In this document: piece after piece, positions 60,643-64,000 of the stretch
Layout of the letters: every line of letters starts with the position of its first letter
Position numbering within the stretch: position 1 is the first letter of the stretch
Source of the DNA: Acidobacteriota bacterium
Lineage (GTDB): Bacteria > Acidobacteriota > UBA890 > WLXD01
Assembly (NCBI GenBank): GCA_965248695.1
Contig: CBDFKD010000002.1
Location: 4,448,001 to 4,512,000 of the forward strand
Length of the DNA stretch: 64,000 nt
Reading direction: 5' to 3'
The notes under the pieces: model-generated
Told to the model about the DNA's origin: nothing
Databases searched by the model: none
The model's input: only the letters and a program-made list of their open reading frames with translations
Position numbers and translations under genes: made by a program

Positions 60643-61179
60643 GTGGCTGATCATCGCGGCAACGACATGAAGGGGGCCCGGGCTCAGCGCTTGCGGGCCG
60701 ATGTCGAGCGCCTGCGTGCCGCGAAGGCGGCTGCCTACGACGAACGCAGTCGCCTGGTGGCGGCACTCGCCAGGTTGTTTCCATCCGGCGTTCAGCGTAC
60801 CGAGATCGGTGACTCGAATCGTGAATGGCACGGATGTGTCTACATCGATCTGCCCACCGGGCAGGCGTCTTGGCATTTCCAGGGTGATCAGGCGGAGCAC
60901 TTTCGCGACCTGCCGACCTATGCAGCGAGTTGGGATGGACACACCACCGAGGAGAAATACGAGCGCCTGGCCGCTGCGATGTCGACGATCATCGAGCACG
61001 GCGAGCTGCGCGCTCGACTAGAGCAGGCGGAGGTGTTGCTGCGCGAGCTGCTCGCACAGGAGGATGAGCAACGGCTCGAGCAGACTACGGAATCGCCGGG
61101 CAACGACTCAGCGCGTTCCGCGCGGCAGCGGGCACGGGCGTACCTGCAAGCCACCGAGCGGCGGAAGTCCGACACCTAG
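60643..61179 (+). CDS. WDGH-motif protein (phage-type family)
   Basis: AYDERSRLVAALA, WHGCVYIDLPTGQASWH, WDGHTTEEKYERL. Confidence 0.7.
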   Translation: MADHRGNDMKGARAQRLRADVERLRAAKAAAYDERSRLVAALARLFPSGVQRTEIGDSNREWHGCVYIDLPTGQASWHFQGDQAEHFRDLPTYAASWDGHTTEEKYERLAAAMSTIIEHGELRARLEQAEVLLRELLAQEDEQRLEQTTESPGNDSARSARQRARAYLQATERRKSDT

Positions 61180-61208
61180 CAGCCTGCGACGATCAGCTGA
61201 TACAGGTC

Positions 61209-61637
61209 CTAGGAAGAGTGGGCTTCGGACAGCGCGATCACGAACGCGCGGATCTCGTCACGAATACGACGATAGTGCCCCAACGCTTCCTGCGGCGATG
61301 AAGCTTTGGCCGCGAGTCGAGGAGGATCATCGAACCGCACATGCCGGATCTCGGTGGAGGCCGCGTATCGAGGGCAGCTCGCCCTGGCGTGGCTGCAAAC
61401 CGTAACGACGACGTCGAAGTCTATTCCGCCGAGATCGTCGACATGCTTGGAGCGCTGCGACGAGATGTCGACCCCCACCTCAGCCATGACTCGTACCGCG
61501 TTGGCGTCGATCCGTACCGGCTCGGTCCCGGCCGAGTACGGCTCCAGTTCGTCCGGTCGCAGGTGACGGGCCCAGCCCTCGGCCATCTGGCTACGGCACG
61601 AGTTACCGGTACACAGAAACAACAATCGCAGGGTCAC
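61209..61637 (-). CDS. arsC: LMW-PTP-fold arsenate reductase
   Basis: FLCTGNSCRSQMAEG, VTVC, CP, FDDP, RIRDEI. Confidence 0.88.
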   Translation of the reverse strand: MTLRLLFLCTGNSCRSQMAEGWARHLRPDELEPYSAGTEPVRIDANAVRVMAEVGVDISSQRSKHVDDLGGIDFDVVVTVCSHARASCPRYAASTEIRHVRFDDPPRLAAKASSPQEALGHYRRIRDEIRAFVIALSEAHSS

Positions 61638-61972
61638 CTGTCGACGGCGTCCGTGCGTGCCGCCATGATGAAATCGTTCAGGTGAAGTCCCCGAATCTTA
61701 TGCGTCCACCAGGTCACCTCGACCGCTCCCCATTCGGCAACCAGCCGGGGGTGGTGGTTGGCCTCCTCGGCAATCGCAGCGACCGCATTCGTGAACTTCA
61801 GGGCGTCGGCGAAGTTGGCGAAACGGAAGCGACGAGCGAGTCGTTTGATCCCGTCCGACTCGAGGATCTCCCAGTCGGGAATCTGTACCTGCAGCGCTGC
61901 TGCTTCAGCGTCCGTAACCAACGGCGCGCCGACTCGACACGCCTCGCATACTCTCTTTCCCAGCTCACTCAT
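61634..61972 (-). CDS. phhB: Pterin-4-alpha-carbinolamine dehydratase
   Basis: CEACR, AEEANHHP, WWTHKIRGLHLNDFIMAA. Confidence 0.92.
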   Translation of the reverse strand: MSELGKRVCEACRVGAPLVTDAEAAALQVQIPDWEILESDGIKRLARRFRFANFADALKFTNAVAAIAEEANHHPRLVAEWGAVEVTWWTHKIRGLHLNDFIMAARTDAVDR

Positions 61973-62019
61973 GGGCATCACCCTGTTGGTAGCCTGGACC
62001 TGACCGAAACGGAGAGTGC

Positions 62020-62208
62020 ATGGACGTCCCGAAGGATGACTACGAGCGGATAGCCGGGCTGATCGACAGCGCTGCCAGTCCCGTCGGCATCGACGCCAAG
62101 AGAACTCACGTGCTGATCCTGCACAAGCTCGAGCAGATCGAAAACCGCCTCATGGCCGTGGAGTCGCGACTGGGCCAGGGCGCCGGCACGGGGCAAGATG
62201 GACCCTGA
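62020..62208 (+). CDS. Small hypothetical protein
   Basis: GGAGAG RBS; IDSAASPVGIDAKRTHVLILHKL followed by a short coiled coil. Confidence 0.6.
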   Translation: MDVPKDDYERIAGLIDSAASPVGIDAKRTHVLILHKLEQIENRLMAVESRLGQGAGTGQDGP

Positions 62209-62226
62209 GACAGGCCGACCCGCGCG

Positions 62227-63213
62227 CTAGCTGTCGCGGTTGTCTCGCGCCCACTTCTCGAGCAGATCCACGCGCCGCCGCAGGTCGCGGGTCAGATCCC
62301 CGATCGAAGTGATATCGCCCAGCTTCATTGGCAACGAGAAGGCAACCTCGTTGGTGACGGGGTCCATCAGCTCGAGCAGTCCCGTGAGCTCGTGCCTGCC
62401 GGCTCCCGGGCGTACACCCTCCTGGCGGGCGAAATTGGTATTCACGTCGCCGGCACGGTTCTCCAGCGAGGCACCCGCTGCGCCGCCATAGTCGGCGACG
62501 TTCACCACGACAATGTAGTCGGCTATCTGGCGGGCGCGAACCAGACCGAAGTTCGGCGAGTCGCGCAACGCGCGTGCCACCTGTTCCTGGACCACCGCCA
62601 GCTCGCCGCGCACCTGCATCAACGCCGATTCCATCGACGCGTTTTGCTGCGTGACTCTAGTGTCCATCGGGCCTACCAGAACGCGAGGTGCGTTGATCCT
62701 CTCCTGCAGGTCGTCCGGTGGATCGGCCACCTCCCGGAGCTGGGCGATCTCCTTGCTCATGTCTCGCCCGGCTTGATGCGCGAGGATCGTTTGCTCCCAG
62801 CAGGTCTCGTAGTCGCCGATGCCGAAGGAGGCGATGCCGGCCATGAAATAGACGTCGGGCACGCCGGGCTGCCGCTCGTCGGCAGCCATGAACGATTCCA
62901 GGGCGTCCTTCTCGTCGCCCATTTGTCCGTGCGCCATACCCTTCAAGAAATGTGCCGTCCACAGGGCGGCGTCGGCGTCGATTACCTCCTCGAGCACGTC
63001 GAGCGCGTACTCGGGCTCGCCCTCGTCGATGTACTGCTGGGCGCGCTGGAGTTTTTGCCGCTGCTCTTGTGCGTCCTGTGGGGCTCCGGACGTGGACGCT
63101 GTGAATGACATCGCGGAGCTTGCAGCAACACTGATACCGAGTATGGCGACTGCGGTCCAACCTTGTCTCATGGCTGTTCCTACCGTCGTGAAAGTAGAAC
63201 TACTGGCGCTCAT
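62227..63213 (-). CDS. Exported TPR protein, paralogue 1
   Basis: Signal-like N-terminus and TPR motifs; highly similar to the upstream gene. Confidence 0.7.
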   Translation of the reverse strand: MSASSSTFTTVGTAMRQGWTAVAILGISVAASSAMSFTASTSGAPQDAQEQRQKLQRAQQYIDEGEPEYALDVLEEVIDADAALWTAHFLKGMAHGQMGDEKDALESFMAADERQPGVPDVYFMAGIASFGIGDYETCWEQTILAHQAGRDMSKEIAQLREVADPPDDLQERINAPRVLVGPMDTRVTQQNASMESALMQVRGELAVVQEQVARALRDSPNFGLVRARQIADYIVVVNVADYGGAAGASLENRAGDVNTNFARQEGVRPGAGRHELTGLLELMDPVTNEVAFSLPMKLGDITSIGDLTRDLRRRVDLLEKWARDNRDS

Positions 63214-64000
63214 GATTCTCCTGCGCCCAGGTCTCGAGCAACTCGACGCGACGCCGCAGGTCTCGAGCCAGGTCGCCGACATTCCTCAGGTTGGGCAACA
63301 CATAGGGCAAGGAAAAAGCCACGCTGCGTGACCTCCGGTCAACCAAGTCGATCACACCCGTGAGCTCGTTTCTTCCGGCTGGCCGCCCTTGGGCCTCGTC
63401 CCGGCCCTCCGAGGCCACGATCGACGACCCCGCGCCTGCGGGGGACCCTGCTCCCGGGTTCAGGTCCGTGATCACTCCGTCGATGCGTCCTGCCGGCCCA
63501 CCCTGAACGTCACCCGGACGCCCGCCCAGCGTGCCGCTGGCTGCACCTCCGTAGTCCTCAACGCTCATCACGACGACATAGTCGGCGAGCTCTTGCAATC
63601 GCACGAGTCCGAAGTTAGGCGAGTCGCGCAATGCTCGCTCGAGTTGCTGATGCACGACGGCCAGCTCGCCTTGGATCTGCATCAGAACCGACTCCATCGC
63701 ACTGTTCTGTTCGGTCACGCCGGTGTTCATCGGTCCGACCATGACCCGCGGGGCGTTGAGGCGCTCCTCGAGATCGTCCGGCGGGTCGATGACCTCCTTG
63801 AGCTGCGCGATCTCCTTGGTCATGTCCTGGCCCGCCTGGTGGGCGAGGATCGTCATCTCCCAGCAGGTGTCGTAGTCGCCGACGCCAAAGGCGGCGATGC
63901 CAGCCATCAGGTAGACCTCGCGCACTCCTGGCTGGCGCTCATCGGCGGCCAGAAACGCTTCCAGGGCATCGTCCTCGTCACCCTTCTGGCCGTGGGCCAT
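63200..64000 (-). CDS. TPR protein, paralogue 2 (5' end outside window)
   Basis: Shares AADERQPGV, CWE.TILAHQAG.DM, NAPRV.VGPM and ALRDSPNFGLVR with paralogue 1. Confidence 0.7.
   Translation of the reverse strand: MAHGQKGDEDDALEAFLAADERQPGVREVYLMAGIAAFGVGDYDTCWEMTILAHQAGQDMTKEIAQLKEVIDPPDDLEERLNAPRVMVGPMNTGVTEQNSAMESVLMQIQGELAVVHQQLERALRDSPNFGLVRLQELADYVVVMSVEDYGGAASGTLGGRPGDVQGGPAGRIDGVITDLNPGAGSPAGAGSSIVASEGRDEAQGRPAGRNELTGVIDLVDRRSRSVAFSLPYVLPNLRNVGDLARDLRRRVELLETWAQENHERQ

Noticed and set aside
61209-61637. Arsenic resistance operon
   Set aside because: The arsC-like gene is alone, with no arsR, acr3 or arsB adjacent

Overview
A GC-rich, diderm bacterial chromosome segment. The gene style suggests an Acidobacteria-like organism, but this is an inference. 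Most of it is housekeeping and envelope genes: polyamine catabolism, glpKD, purC, CIRCE-regulated groESL, rnpB, ssb, tol-pal, recN, coaX, folE-like and a LonC-like protease. The most striking region is a minus-strand cluster at 25453-35283. It couples PAPS synthesis and recycling (cysQ, sat, cysC) to three alkaline-phosphatase/NPP-fold paralogues predicted to be soluble cytoplasmic, membrane-anchored cytoplasm-facing and exported lipoprotein. It also holds a DUF106/EMC3-like membrane protein and two small ribbon-helix-helix (RHH) proteins, but no recognisable sulfotransferase or PAPS reductase. Both RHH proteins, CysC and a neighbouring atypical sulfatase-fold lipoprotein end in the same acidic-(R/K)LxxLGY(I/L) tag. 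Also present are three CTAG-bounded ~278-bp palindromic MITE-like elements showing covariation, a decayed integrase island collapsed by an IS256 element, rnpB-linked tandem repeats, and a phage-type WDGH-motif gene. All assignments come from motif recognition by eye; no database searches were run.
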